64,000 bases of DNA, taken from NCBI GenBank assembly GCA_049472315.1, contig JBLIRN010000004.1, forward strand, positions 32,001 through 96,000, in the 5' to 3' direction. Of this stretch, positions 50,803-61,057 are shown piece after piece. The translations under genes and the position numbers were made by a program. Positions within the stretch are counted from its first letter, which is position 1. Each line of letters starts with the position of its first letter. This stretch comes from a bacterium (lineage in GTDB: Bacteria > SZUA-182 > DTGQ01 > JAFGSM01). The notes beneath the pieces are model-generated. The model did no database searches and had not been told where the DNA came from. It saw only the letters and a list, made by a program, of their open reading frames with translations.

Positions 50803-50831
50803 TTGACTTATACCAAAAAAGTTGCTATTTT
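50803..50831 (+). promoter_or_regulatory. Putative sigma-70 promoter
   Basis: TTGACT-17nt-TATTTT with extended TG. Confidence 0.5.
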
Positions 50832-50897
50832 TTAATAATATTCCATCTGATCATACCTGCATCCCGAATCGTATCAATCCAGAAGGAGGTCATTACA

Positions 50898-52040
50898 ATG
50901 CAAAAGAAACTGCTCCTGTCGCCAGGTCCCACACCCGTTCCGTCCGAGGCCTTGCTTGCCATGGCACAGCCGATCATCCATCACCGGACGCCGGAATTTA
51001 CCGAAATACTCAATCAGGTCCAGGAGGGATTGAAATACCTGTTCCAGACGGAACAAGATGTCCTCATCATCGCCGGCTCGGGCACCGCAGCGATGGAGGC
51101 CTCGGTCTCCAATATCCTCTCCCCCGGAGACAAGGCCATCTGTATTCGGGGGGGAAAATTCGGCGAGCGATGGGCGGATCTGTGCACCGCCTACGGCGTC
51201 AACCCGATCAACATCGACGTGGAGTGGGGGAAGGCCCTTGATCCCAAGGTTCTGGAGGACCACCTGTCCAAGAACACGGATGTCAAGGCCGTGTACGCAA
51301 CCATGAGTGAAACCTCCACCGGGGTGCGATACGATATCGAGGCATTCGCCAAGATCGTGTCCCGTCATCCGGGGACCGTCCTGGTGGTGGATGCCATCAC
51401 CGCCGTGGGCGTCATGGATGTGCCCATGGACAAATGGGGGATCGACGTCCTGGTCTGCGGATCGCAGAAGGCATTGATGCTTCCTCCGGGACTCGCCTTC
51501 ATCAGCCTCAGTGAAAAGGCATGGAAGTGCACCGAATCCTCCACCTGCCCCAAATACTACCTTAATCTCAAAAAGGAGAAAAAGAATCTGGCCAAGGGGC
51601 AGACCGCGTATACCCCTGCCGTGTCCCTGATCGTCGGTCTGAACGAAACCCTCAAAATGATCAGGGAAGAGGGGCTTACCAATGTATTCAAACGCCACGC
51701 CACCCTTGCAGCGGCAACCCGAGCAGCATGCCAGGCCCTCGGCCTGGAGCTCCTGGCAAATGACTCCCCTTCGGATGCGGTCACCGCTGTATGTGCCCCC
51801 GAAGGGACCGATGCCTCCCAGATCATCAAGAAGATGAAGGGAAAGTATGGGATGATTATCGCAGGAGGCCAGGAGCATCTCAAGGGAAAGATCTTCCGCA
51901 TCGCCCATTTGGGCTATTTTGACAAGTGCGACATATTCTCGGCCGTCGCCCACCTGGAGCTCTCCCTGAAGGAACTGGGAATTCCGGCAAAACCGGGAGC
52001 GGGTATCGCTGCTGCGGAACAGGTGTTTCTGGCCGAATAG
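50898..52040 (+). CDS. Class V PLP aminotransferase (probable phosphoserine aminotransferase)
   Basis: PGPTPV, SGTAAME, ETSTG, GSQKAL.LPPG and RIAHLG; adjacent to serA. Confidence 0.9.
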   Translation: MQKKLLLSPGPTPVPSEALLAMAQPIIHHRTPEFTEILNQVQEGLKYLFQTEQDVLIIAGSGTAAMEASVSNILSPGDKAICIRGGKFGERWADLCTAYGVNPINIDVEWGKALDPKVLEDHLSKNTDVKAVYATMSETSTGVRYDIEAFAKIVSRHPGTVLVVDAITAVGVMDVPMDKWGIDVLVCGSQKALMLPPGLAFISLSEKAWKCTESSTCPKYYLNLKKEKKNLAKGQTAYTPAVSLIVGLNETLKMIREEGLTNVFKRHATLAAATRAACQALGLELLANDSPSDAVTAVCAPEGTDASQIIKKMKGKYGMIIAGGQEHLKGKIFRIAHLGYFDKCDIFSAVAHLELSLKELGIPAKPGAGIAAAEQVFLAE

Positions 52041-52066
52041 ATTGACAAACACAGGAGGAACGAGCG

Positions 52067-53650
52067 ATGAAGGTCCTTGTCAGTGACAAGCTTTCGCCCA
52101 AAGGCGTAAAGATATTCGAGGAAACGGAGGGCATCCAAGTGGATGTCAAAACCGGCATGGCCCCGGAGGAATTGATCGCCTGCATACCTGCATACGATGC
52201 CCTGGTGGTGCGCAGCGCCACCAAGGTCACCCCCCAGGTGATCGAGGCGGCGAAAAACCTGAAGGTGATCGGCAGGGCGGGAAGCGGGGTGGACAACATC
52301 GACCTGCCCTCTGCCACAAAACACGGTATTGTGGTCATGAACACCCCCGGCGGGAACACCATCACCACCGCAGAGCATGCCGTCTCCATGCTCCTTGCCC
52401 TGTGCCGGCACATACCCCAGGCGGATGCCTCCATGAAGCAGAAGAAATGGGAAAAGAAGAAGTTCATGGGCACCGAATACTTCGGCAAGACTCTCGGTGT
52501 CCTCGGGCTCGGCAAGATCGGCACCGAGGTGGCCAAACGGGCACGGGGATTGATGATGAAGGTCATCGCCTACGACCCCTTCATCTCCGCCGATGCCGCC
52601 CAAAAGCTCGAGGTGGAGCTGGTCGGCCTCGAGGATCTCTTTGCACGGGCCGATTTCATTACCGTCCATACCCCGAAAAGCCCGGAGACCATGAACCTCA
52701 TCAATGCAAAGACCATCGCCTTGATGAAGGACGGGGTGAAGATCGTCAATTGCGCTCGCGGGGGTATTGTGAACGAACAGGACCTTGCCGACGCCGTCAA
52801 AAAGGGAAAGGTCTCGGGTGCCGCGCTTGACGTCTTCTCGCAGGAGCCACCCGCTGAGGACAGCCCCCTCCTCGGTCTCGCCCAGGTCATCATGACCCCG
52901 CACCTTGGGGCGTCAACGGAAGAGGCCCAGGACAAGGTTGCGGTGGACATCGCCTATCAGATCGTTGACATGCTCAAAAACGGCACCATATGCAATGCGG
53001 TGAACGCCCCCTGCGTGGCCAAGGAGGTCCTTGCAAACATCAAGCCCTATATCACCCTCGCGGAGAGGATGGGAAGCATCGTGTGCCAGATCGCCGAGGG
53101 ACGGATGAACGAGTTCCTGATAAGCTACAGCGGCGAGGTGCTCAACAACGACCTGGCACCGATCACCATGGCGGCGATCAAGGGGCTTCTGGGCCCCATC
53201 CTCCACGAGGAGGTGAATGATGTCAACGCCATGCTCGTTGCCAAGGACCGGGGGATAAAGGTCGAGGAGATAAAGGAGAGCGTCACCGGGGCCTATTCCA
53301 GCCTCGTATCCCTCACCCTCGTCACCGACAAGGGGAAGTCCTCCATCGCCGGCACCCTTTTCAATCGCATCGAACCACGGATCGTTGAGATGAATGGTTT
53401 CGACATCGAGATCGTGCCCGCGGAAAACATGCTCGTCTTTTCGAACATCGACAAGCCGGGATTGATCGGGAGCATCGGTACCACCCTGGGGCAGCACCAC
53501 GTGAACATTGCGGGGATGCAGTTCGGCAGGGCGAAACCGGGCGGTGACGCGGTATCGGTCCTGAGCGTGGACAGCCGGGTGAGCGAGGAGTTGCTCACCG
53601 AACTCGGCAAGCTCCCCAACGTGGTGAGCGTCAAATCGGTGCGGCTCTAA
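52067..53650 (+). CDS. serA: D-3-phosphoglycerate dehydrogenase (ASB+ACT)
   Basis: RAGSGVDN, GLGKIG, NCARGG and TPHLGAST.EAQ. Confidence 0.97.
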   Translation: MKVLVSDKLSPKGVKIFEETEGIQVDVKTGMAPEELIACIPAYDALVVRSATKVTPQVIEAAKNLKVIGRAGSGVDNIDLPSATKHGIVVMNTPGGNTITTAEHAVSMLLALCRHIPQADASMKQKKWEKKKFMGTEYFGKTLGVLGLGKIGTEVAKRARGLMMKVIAYDPFISADAAQKLEVELVGLEDLFARADFITVHTPKSPETMNLINAKTIALMKDGVKIVNCARGGIVNEQDLADAVKKGKVSGAALDVFSQEPPAEDSPLLGLAQVIMTPHLGASTEEAQDKVAVDIAYQIVDMLKNGTICNAVNAPCVAKEVLANIKPYITLAERMGSIVCQIAEGRMNEFLISYSGEVLNNDLAPITMAAIKGLLGPILHEEVNDVNAMLVAKDRGIKVEEIKESVTGAYSSLVSLTLVTDKGKSSIAGTLFNRIEPRIVEMNGFDIEIVPAENMLVFSNIDKPGLIGSIGTTLGQHHVNIAGMQFGRAKPGGDAVSVLSVDSRVSEELLTELGKLPNVVSVKSVRL

Positions 53651-55521
53651 GGGCGTTTTCCGGCAGATCTGCCTTTGAGGAACACCATAAGGATGGAGAG
53701 CCCTGCAGGGGTCATGCCCGGTATGCGTGATGCCTGGGCAAGAGAGAGGGGCTGGATGCGCGCAAGCTTCTCCCGCACCTCGTGAGACAATCCAGGGACT
53801 TCACTGTAATCAATCCCCTGGGGGATCCGTATTCGGTCCAACTCCTTGAAGTGTTTGATATCCTGGAGCTGCTTTTTAATATAGCCGTCGTACTTGAGCT
53901 GGATCTCCACCTGGCGTGACACCCGGGGTTCGGACGAAGGCCACTCCGGGTCCAACCGCTCCATGGTGCGGGCATCCACACCCGGTCTTTTGAGGATACC
54001 GGCGAGGGTGCACGCCTCGTCGATGGGGGTGGTGTCGGCCTCCGCCAGCACCCGGTTGACCGCATCCGAGGGTTTTACCGAGGTCCGTTCGAGACGGCTG
54101 ATATGCGCGTCGATCCGCCGTTTTTCATCGCAGAGCCCATGGTAGGTCACATCGTCCATGAGGCCCAACTCCCTGGCCCTGTCCATGAGCCGGTATGCAG
54201 CATTGTCCTCCCGCAGGAGGAGCCTGTACTCCGCCCGCGAGGTGAACATCCGATAGGGTTCGTCCGTTCCCCTCGTGATCAGGTCATCCACCATCACCCC
54301 CATGTATGCCTCGGAACGATCCAGCACAAAGGGAGGCCTCCCCTGCACCTTCAGGGCCGCATTGATTCCCGCCCACAGGCCCTGTGCCGCTGCCTCCTCA
54401 TATCCGGACGTGCCGTTTACCTGCCCCGCCAGATAGAGGGCGGAGACCGGCCGCGTCTCAAGGGTTGGCAGGAGCTGATTCGGCTGGGCATAGTCATACT
54501 CTATGGCATAGGAGGGGCGCATGATCTCCGCCTCCTCCAGTCCCTTCACCGACCTCACGAGCTTCCACTGGATATCGGGGGGCAGGCTGTTTCCCAGGCC
54601 GCTCGCATACATCTCCTCCGTATCCAGCCCCTCCGGTTGCAGGATCACCTGGTGGGACTCGCGTTCGGGGAATTTCATCACCTTGTCCTCCAGGGAGGGA
54701 CAATACCGGGCAGGGGTGCCTGTAATCGCCCCGCTGTACAGGGGTGACAGGTGGATATGCCCCCTGATCAGCGCGTGGGTCCGCTCGTTCGTGGCGGTTA
54801 TGGCGCAGGAAAGCTGTGGGAGGACGAGCCCGCCCGTCCGTGATGAGAAAAACCGCGGGACCTCATCACCATCCTGCCTTTGCATGGAGTCAAAATCGAT
54901 GGTGGAGCGTTTCAGCCGCGCGGGGGTCCCGGTCTTGAGGCGTCCCATGCGGAAGCCCAGGCCCCTCAGGTCGTCTGCAAGCGACTCGGAGGAGAATTCC
55001 CAGGCCCTTCCCGCAGGAAACCTTCGATTCCCCACGTGGATCAAACCGTGTAAAAAGGTTCCTGTGGCGATCACAACGGCGCCGGCCTTGTACTGATTGC
55101 CCAGATTGTCCTCCAGGCCGCACACCCTCCCCTCCTCCACCATCAGCCTTTCCACCATGGCCTGCCTGACATCCAGATTGGCCTGCCCCTCCAGAATCCC
55201 CTTGACAGCGGCATGGTAGCGGAGCTTGTCGTTCTGGGTGCGCGTCCCCTGTACCGCAGGGCCCTTGCTGGTATTGAGAACCCGAAACTGCAGTGCGGTG
55301 CTGTCGGCGACCATTCCCATTACCCCACCCAGCGCGTCGATCTCCTTTACCAGGTGGCCTTTACCCAGGCCGCCGACGGAAGGGCTGCAGGGCATGGCGG
55401 CGATGGTATCCAAGTTAATGGTGAGCAGGAGGGTCCTGCATCCCAGGCGGGCGGAGGCCAGGGATGCCTCCACCCCTGCATGCCCGCCTCCGACCACGAT
55501 GACATCATACTCGTACATCAT
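53647..55521 (-). CDS. mnmG: tRNA uridine 5-carboxymethylaminomethyl modification enzyme
   Basis: GGGHAG.EA, RLKTGTP, RYCPS.EDK, AGQ.NGTSGYEEAAAQG and EPYRMFTSRAEYRL. Confidence 0.97.
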   Translation of the reverse strand: MMYEYDVIVVGGGHAGVEASLASARLGCRTLLLTINLDTIAAMPCSPSVGGLGKGHLVKEIDALGGVMGMVADSTALQFRVLNTSKGPAVQGTRTQNDKLRYHAAVKGILEGQANLDVRQAMVERLMVEEGRVCGLEDNLGNQYKAGAVVIATGTFLHGLIHVGNRRFPAGRAWEFSSESLADDLRGLGFRMGRLKTGTPARLKRSTIDFDSMQRQDGDEVPRFFSSRTGGLVLPQLSCAITATNERTHALIRGHIHLSPLYSGAITGTPARYCPSLEDKVMKFPERESHQVILQPEGLDTEEMYASGLGNSLPPDIQWKLVRSVKGLEEAEIMRPSYAIEYDYAQPNQLLPTLETRPVSALYLAGQVNGTSGYEEAAAQGLWAGINAALKVQGRPPFVLDRSEAYMGVMVDDLITRGTDEPYRMFTSRAEYRLLLREDNAAYRLMDRARELGLMDDVTYHGLCDEKRRIDAHISRLERTSVKPSDAVNRVLAEADTTPIDEACTLAGILKRPGVDARTMERLDPEWPSSEPRVSRQVEIQLKYDGYIKKQLQDIKHFKELDRIRIPQGIDYSEVPGLSHEVREKLARIQPLSLAQASRIPGMTPAGLSILMVFLKGRSAGKRP

Positions 55522-55709
55522 CCCTCTCCCGTACTCCTCTATAATCTCCTTTCAGGTGAAAGGATGAAAGTGTAATCATTGAAACAACTTAGTCAATAAT
55601 ACCATGCCCCTGCAACAGCCGTCAAAGATTGGCAGGTCCCAGCAATTCTCATTTTGAGCCTTAAGTGCCGCCATTACCGTGTATCACTTGATTGTTGTAT
55701 AATGGGTAC

Positions 55710-56687
55710 ATGTCTGACATGAAAAATCCCTTTCAGGGAAAGGGAAGACGATATAACGATTTCAATGGATTTCTGAGGAGGACCTTCGGGGTCAGGGTCC
55801 ACAAGATCAGCCTCGATGCCGGATTGGGATGCCCCAACCGCGATGGGACCATCTCCTCAGCAGGGTGCATATACTGCAACGAACGGGGATCGGGTACCGG
55901 GGCTTGGCAACAAGGGCTTTCCGTCAGGGAACAGATTTTGCGGGCACAGACATATCTAAGAAAGCGTTTCAAAGCGGAGAAATTTCTCGCCTATTTTCAA
56001 TCATTTTCAAACACCTATGCACCTCAGAAAAGGCTTGAGGCCTTGTACCGGGAGGCGTTGGAACCCGATGACATGGCAGGGCTCTGCATCGGCACCAGAC
56101 CCGACTGTGTTCCTGAGGAAACCCTCGCCATGATTCAGGGCTTCACCGAAGCATACATGGTCTGGCTGGAATACGGACTTCAGTCCTTCCATAATCGTAC
56201 CCTTACCCTCATCAACAGGGGGCACACGGTGAAGGCATTCCTGGATGCGGTCCAGAGGACCAGAATGAGGGGGATCAATGTGTGCGTGCATGTCATACTC
56301 GGGCTACCCGGAGAGGACACAAGGGATATGATGGAGACGGCGGATCGCCTCTCCATGCTCGACATCCAGGGAATCAAGATCCACCTCCTTTATGTCGTCA
56401 AGGGCACCCCCCTCGCCCGCCTCTATGAGAGGGAAGAATACGCATGCCTCACCAGGGAGGAGTACGTGGATATCCTCATCTCCTTCCTCGCCCGTCTTCG
56501 CCCTGATATCATCATCCAGCGTTTGACCGGGGATCCCCATCCGGAGGACCTCCTGGCGCCCTCCTGGGCCCTTGACAAGGGGAAGGTCCTTGCCCTCATC
56601 CAGGCCAGAATGGAAGAGGAGGATGCGTGGCAGGGAAAGAACCATACGGGACATTCCGACACGTGCGCCTCATCCCCCGAAGGATGA
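55710..56687 (+). CDS. TIGR01212/YhcC-family radical SAM protein
   Basis: CPNRDG....GCIYC, YFQ.FSNTY, GTRPD, GIKIH and RLTGD. Confidence 0.92.
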   Translation: MSDMKNPFQGKGRRYNDFNGFLRRTFGVRVHKISLDAGLGCPNRDGTISSAGCIYCNERGSGTGAWQQGLSVREQILRAQTYLRKRFKAEKFLAYFQSFSNTYAPQKRLEALYREALEPDDMAGLCIGTRPDCVPEETLAMIQGFTEAYMVWLEYGLQSFHNRTLTLINRGHTVKAFLDAVQRTRMRGINVCVHVILGLPGEDTRDMMETADRLSMLDIQGIKIHLLYVVKGTPLARLYEREEYACLTREEYVDILISFLARLRPDIIIQRLTGDPHPEDLLAPSWALDKGKVLALIQARMEEEDAWQGKNHTGHSDTCASSPEG

Positions 56688-56799
56688 ATCCCCTTCGAAA
56701 TGCCCCCTCCCCTTTTTCCCGCAGTTACTCACTCTATTGCGTATGAGCAATTGCCTTCCTTCGCCCATCATCCGGATTGCTGTATAAGCAGGTGGCCCG

Positions 56800-57573
56800 T
56801 CAGATGAGGGTCAGGCTGAACACCCCTCTATCCACGACAGGGCCGCCGAATCCTATCGATTCCGAATAGGTTCCGGTCATGGTGGTGGGAGAGGTAAGGG
56901 TACAGCTCATAACAACGGTGAATCCCCCGGCACCGATAACCCCCTGCAATTCGAAAAGGGGCGTGCCGGTCAGTGCCCCCTGCACATCAAAGAGGGTGTT
57001 GGCAAAACGGCTCCCCTCCAGGATACAGGTGCCGCTGATGGTATTGAGGGTAGGATTTTCAGCAAGGGTCATCGTCATGGTGCCCGAATTAAACAGGATG
57101 ATAAAGGCAACAAAGGTGCTCTGCCATATGCCGATCCAGGTCCCCGCCTGTGCCGCCATCCGCATGGGAAGAGGCGCGGCGAGGGCCAGAGAGGCCTGGC
57201 TCGCGGATATCGGGGACAATGTGGCTAATGAGAAGGGAACCTGCGGCAGCGTTAGAGAGGGGAACCCGGAACCCCCTCCAAGTCCGCCAAGAAACGACAG
57301 TGGCAGGCTGAATCGTGCAGCAAGCGGATTGAACGACGAATACAGGGAACCGGTACCAAGGCCGTAGCTAAAGGGATTGAACTGGAACAGGGGAGAGCCC
57401 AGTCCCCACGATTGATACCCCCATGAAGTCAGCGGTGCAAACGTGGAGATGAGCGGATTAAAGGTGATGCCGGAAAGCTGGGCCATCCCGGGAGCAGGTC
57501 TGAGGATGGTGAGGGACACGAGGACTGCCAAAACGATACAAACGACGAGGATTCCTTGAACTTCCTTTTTCAT
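56800..57573 (-). CDS. Secreted Gly/Ser/Phe/Leu-rich low-complexity protein with C-terminal beta-barrel-like domain
   Basis: GAGGTG SD; signal ..GMA-Q; FNP x3; AGTWIGIWQS...GTYSE..DRGVFSL. Confidence 0.85.
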   Translation of the reverse strand: MKKEVQGILVVCIVLAVLVSLTILRPAPGMAQLSGITFNPLISTFAPLTSWGYQSWGLGSPLFQFNPFSYGLGTGSLYSSFNPLAARFSLPLSFLGGLGGGSGFPSLTLPQVPFSLATLSPISASQASLALAAPLPMRMAAQAGTWIGIWQSTFVAFIILFNSGTMTMTLAENPTLNTISGTCILEGSRFANTLFDVQGALTGTPLFELQGVIGAGGFTVVMSCTLTSPTTMTGTYSESIGFGGPVVDRGVFSLTLI

Positions 57574-58310
57574 GGTAAACTCACCTCTCTACTGAATTGT
57601 TGACCCTATTGTAACCATCTTCCTCCACCATGGCCCTCCATGACGAACGGGGTTGAGAATGCAGGATGGATGTGACCGAACAGGGCAGTATCGACACGTC
57701 CCTGCATCGAAGGAGATGTCAGGTGAAGGAATTGCCGGAAAACTGCTTTTATATGCCGATGCCATTCAGTAGGTGAATCGCATGGTAAACGGCGCTGCTG
57801 AGTACAAAATAATCCGCTAATACTACTCCTATTTCAATAATTGTTCATACTCAAAACACTTTATATTAATTTTACAATAGCGTATAATTTTTTTCAACCG
57901 CCCTGCAAAAACGCATCCGGTGAAGTAACCCTGTCCGCCCCCGGATTAACGGTTCAAAAAGGAATTGCTGCAAACGTGCCGGCCGGATTAACAGACCGGG
58001 TTGACAGTAACCGTTAAAAAATGGATAATAGGCATGCTTGTTATTTTTTGCTTTACCTGCGTTTGTTCTCACACACTACGGTTGTCTTGAAAATGCCGAA
58101 GTTATGATGGATACGATTCCTGCCTTATGCACCGGTGTTTTTCACAGGAATTGAATTGCCTTTCAGGTAGGAACTGTTTGGCACGAAGGAAATGAGGGAA
58201 ACAATACCCTTTTTGTTTACCCCGATTCCGTGTACACACCATAAATAGGGAGGGCCCCTATGTCCAGTGCAGACGACGCTTCATTGTTCTCGTTCTACTA
58301 TAGCCTCCAG

Positions 58311-60836
58311 TCATCTCAAAAGATACCCTATCAGGAGGGAATAGAGGATCATCAACCCGGCATGACCAAGCCAAAAAAACCAACGGGGACGGGACCCGGG
58401 ATTGAATTTATCCTGAACGATACGAAATATGGCGTAGCAGGAAAAGAGAATCCCAAGGCACAGGGTGATCCCCTGTAATACATGCATCCCTGAAACCACC
58501 CGGACCAGGTCCCTGCCCTTCAAAAGAATCGTATATCCCACATCCTTGACCCCGGGGATATACCTCAACTGATATGCGATATGTGCTGCGAGAGCAAGGG
58601 GCACATATCCATAAGCGGTCTTCCAGAATCCTTCGGATACCGTCACTCCGTTGGGAAACGAAATGAGGGATATGGCCATCATAAGACCGATCATGCCAGC
58701 AGGGACCAGCACAAAACCCAGCGTCGTCAGCAGCAGTGAACCGAATGGCCTGATTACCGGCACTAATACCCCCATGAGCGCGCAAACAAGGATCGCCATT
58801 CCCGGCCGCACATGGTTCGATGACCATATCTCCCATCCCGGTGCCCTCAGATTCAAAGAAACGGATTGGTGAGGGCACGTCCTGATACACTTCAAGCAGA
58901 GCTTGCAGGTCTGATTGTTGTCCACGAACATCAAGTGCTGGAACATGGGGCACCCTGATGTTTCCCCGGTGCCATGATAGCACTCGTCGGTGGTGCACTG
59001 GTGGGCGCAGATGTCCGGATTCGATCGCACCTCCACGATAGAGGTCATTGCGAACACCCCGATCAGGTTACCCATAGGGCACACATACCGGCACCAGGTA
59101 TCCCGGGGGAACAGGATGCTGAAGGAAATCTCCAGGCCCAGTATCGAGAGGAGGAGCATGCCGGTATACAGGGGTCGTGAACGCATCCCTGTTGCCTCTT
59201 CCGCCCACACGATAAACAAAAATAGGATGGTAGTGATCGCAAAGTCATAGTCCTTGAAAAATTTCGGGAATCGTTTGTCAAGATGCATCCTTCGTTGGAC
59301 GGCGTTCCCGAGCGTTGCATACGCACAAAAGGAGCACCATGTCCTGCCGATCCAGAAGGCCGCCGCGCACAACCATGGCCACCAGATCCACCATACCAGG
59401 ATGGTCCCCCAATTTTTCGACGGGTCCCGGGGCCCGAAGAAACAGGAGGCCATGATTAAGAAGAAAAATGCCACTGCGATCCACCGGAAAAGCCCCGGAT
59501 AGATCCCCTTCCGGATCATGGTTTCAAACGCCTTGATCCTCCCGAGATTAAACCAGGTGTGTGCCCGTCCCGCAGGGGGACCGATGAAGAGCTGTTCGGA
59601 ATGGATCGTATCGGTAACGGCCAGCACCACCCCCCGTTCGATGATCTCCTCCAGTTCGTGGATATTTCCCCTGCGAAAGTCATACCCCAGGAGTTGTTCC
59701 CGTGCCCGGGGGCTGAGTTTTCCAACCTCCTTGTTGTATCTGTGCGAATGCCGCTCCATGAAGTGTCCGGCAAGCTCCAGGATATCCTGCTTCCGTTCCC
59801 TGAGCGGAGGAAGGTGGATAACCCTCCTGGAAAGCAGGTCATAGAGGGAGGAAGAAAATGTCCCCTCATTCATGCGAAGGTGCAAATCACTATGGGATGT
59901 GAAGATCATCCTGACCGGGGATCGTCCGGGGGAATGCTTCCCGGGATTCGAATCCCCCTCGCGGGTCGGGGCGGACTTCTCGTTCAGAAAGCATATCAAT
60001 CGCTCCTGTGCAACAGGGGTTAGGGCGTCCACATTTTTTATAAGAAGCGTGCCGCCGCGGGCAAGGCCGAGGGGGCTGAAACGCGCCCCAGGCAGCGGAT
60101 CGGCCGATGGTGGTCCCTCCCGAAACTGCTCCCCCCATTCCTCATCGGAGATCTCCGAGGCATCCAGGATGATGAACGGGCCGTTCCGTGCCGGTCCCCT
60201 GCAGTGAATGATCTCGGCCACAAGCTCCTTTCCCACTCCGAATTCACCCACCACAAGTATTGGGTGGAAATCTGCAGCAAGCTCGGGAAGGCGCCGCCAG
60301 ATGACATTCATCGGCGGGGTGCCTCCCACCAGAAAAGGGGCCTCCTCCTCGATCATCTTCATTATTCTCCGCAGGTACTCCTGTTTCCTCGTGATCTCGT
60401 ATAATTCGGAGGCGATCGTGGCCATCCTTTCCGTGGTTTTCCTGAATAGGCGTTCACGAAGTGGGGCGGAAACGGCAAGCATGGTGAACAGGGTGGCACT
60501 GGGCACAACAGCGACCTCGGAGTCCTCAATGGCCTGAAACCCCATTTGACTCGGCATTCCGGTCATACAGGAGAGATCGCCGAAATAATCCCCCGGGCGA
60601 ACCGTCACCAGTGGCGTTGTACACTGCTGCTGATTGCAGTAATAGCCCTCCACCGCCCCTCTCACCAGAATGTAAAGCCCGGGGGCGGTATCTCCCTGTC
60701 CAATGATCTCGCCACCGGCGGGGAATGTCACTATCCTGGCATCCCCTGCGATCTGCTCAACTATGTGCAGGGGAAGATCGCGGAAGGGATCGACGGTCCC
60801 AAGAAAGGAAAGAATGTGATTGTAATCCGAATTCAT
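58311..60836 (-). CDS. cNMP-binding + degenerate sigma-54 AAA+ + membrane 4Fe-4S (NosR/NapH-like) fusion
   Basis: FGDLS cNMP domain; GEFGVGKE; GR.WC..C, WCRYVCP.G, C..QC.T..CY.G, CKLCLKCIRTCP; about 9 TM segments. Confidence 0.88.
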   Translation of the reverse strand: MNSDYNHILSFLGTVDPFRDLPLHIVEQIAGDARIVTFPAGGEIIGQGDTAPGLYILVRGAVEGYYCNQQQCTTPLVTVRPGDYFGDLSCMTGMPSQMGFQAIEDSEVAVVPSATLFTMLAVSAPLRERLFRKTTERMATIASELYEITRKQEYLRRIMKMIEEEAPFLVGGTPPMNVIWRRLPELAADFHPILVVGEFGVGKELVAEIIHCRGPARNGPFIILDASEISDEEWGEQFREGPPSADPLPGARFSPLGLARGGTLLIKNVDALTPVAQERLICFLNEKSAPTREGDSNPGKHSPGRSPVRMIFTSHSDLHLRMNEGTFSSSLYDLLSRRVIHLPPLRERKQDILELAGHFMERHSHRYNKEVGKLSPRAREQLLGYDFRRGNIHELEEIIERGVVLAVTDTIHSEQLFIGPPAGRAHTWFNLGRIKAFETMIRKGIYPGLFRWIAVAFFFLIMASCFFGPRDPSKNWGTILVWWIWWPWLCAAAFWIGRTWCSFCAYATLGNAVQRRMHLDKRFPKFFKDYDFAITTILFLFIVWAEEATGMRSRPLYTGMLLLSILGLEISFSILFPRDTWCRYVCPMGNLIGVFAMTSIVEVRSNPDICAHQCTTDECYHGTGETSGCPMFQHLMFVDNNQTCKLCLKCIRTCPHQSVSLNLRAPGWEIWSSNHVRPGMAILVCALMGVLVPVIRPFGSLLLTTLGFVLVPAGMIGLMMAISLISFPNGVTVSEGFWKTAYGYVPLALAAHIAYQLRYIPGVKDVGYTILLKGRDLVRVVSGMHVLQGITLCLGILFSCYAIFRIVQDKFNPGSRPRWFFWLGHAGLMILYSLLIGYLLR

Positions 60837-60972
60837 AGAAATACTGCGGGTTTCCGAAGTAAGTACTCAATCTGCTTTTTCCACTCTGAATTGAGCAGTT
60901 ACTTTTTGAAAAACAACGACCACCCCGCCCCAATGCGAAATGGTGTCACCACTATACCAGACTATCCCGTTA

Positions 60973-61001
60973 TTGACAATATCATGCATTTCGTTTACAA
61001 T
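60973..61001 (+). promoter_or_regulatory. Putative sigma-70 promoter
   Basis: TTGACA-17nt-TACAAT. Confidence 0.65.
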
Positions 61002-61057
61002 TTTCAATTAACCCGGTTAATATTTTTCTTTATAATTGAGAAGGTTAGGACAAAAAA

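Noticed and set aside
55830..55880. Non-canonical radical SAM cysteine spacing (CPNRDG...GCIYC)
   Set aside because: Normal for the TIGR01212/YhcC family.
58178..58195. TTGGCACG as a sigma-54 promoter
   Set aside because: No GC at the -12 position and no plus-strand gene downstream.
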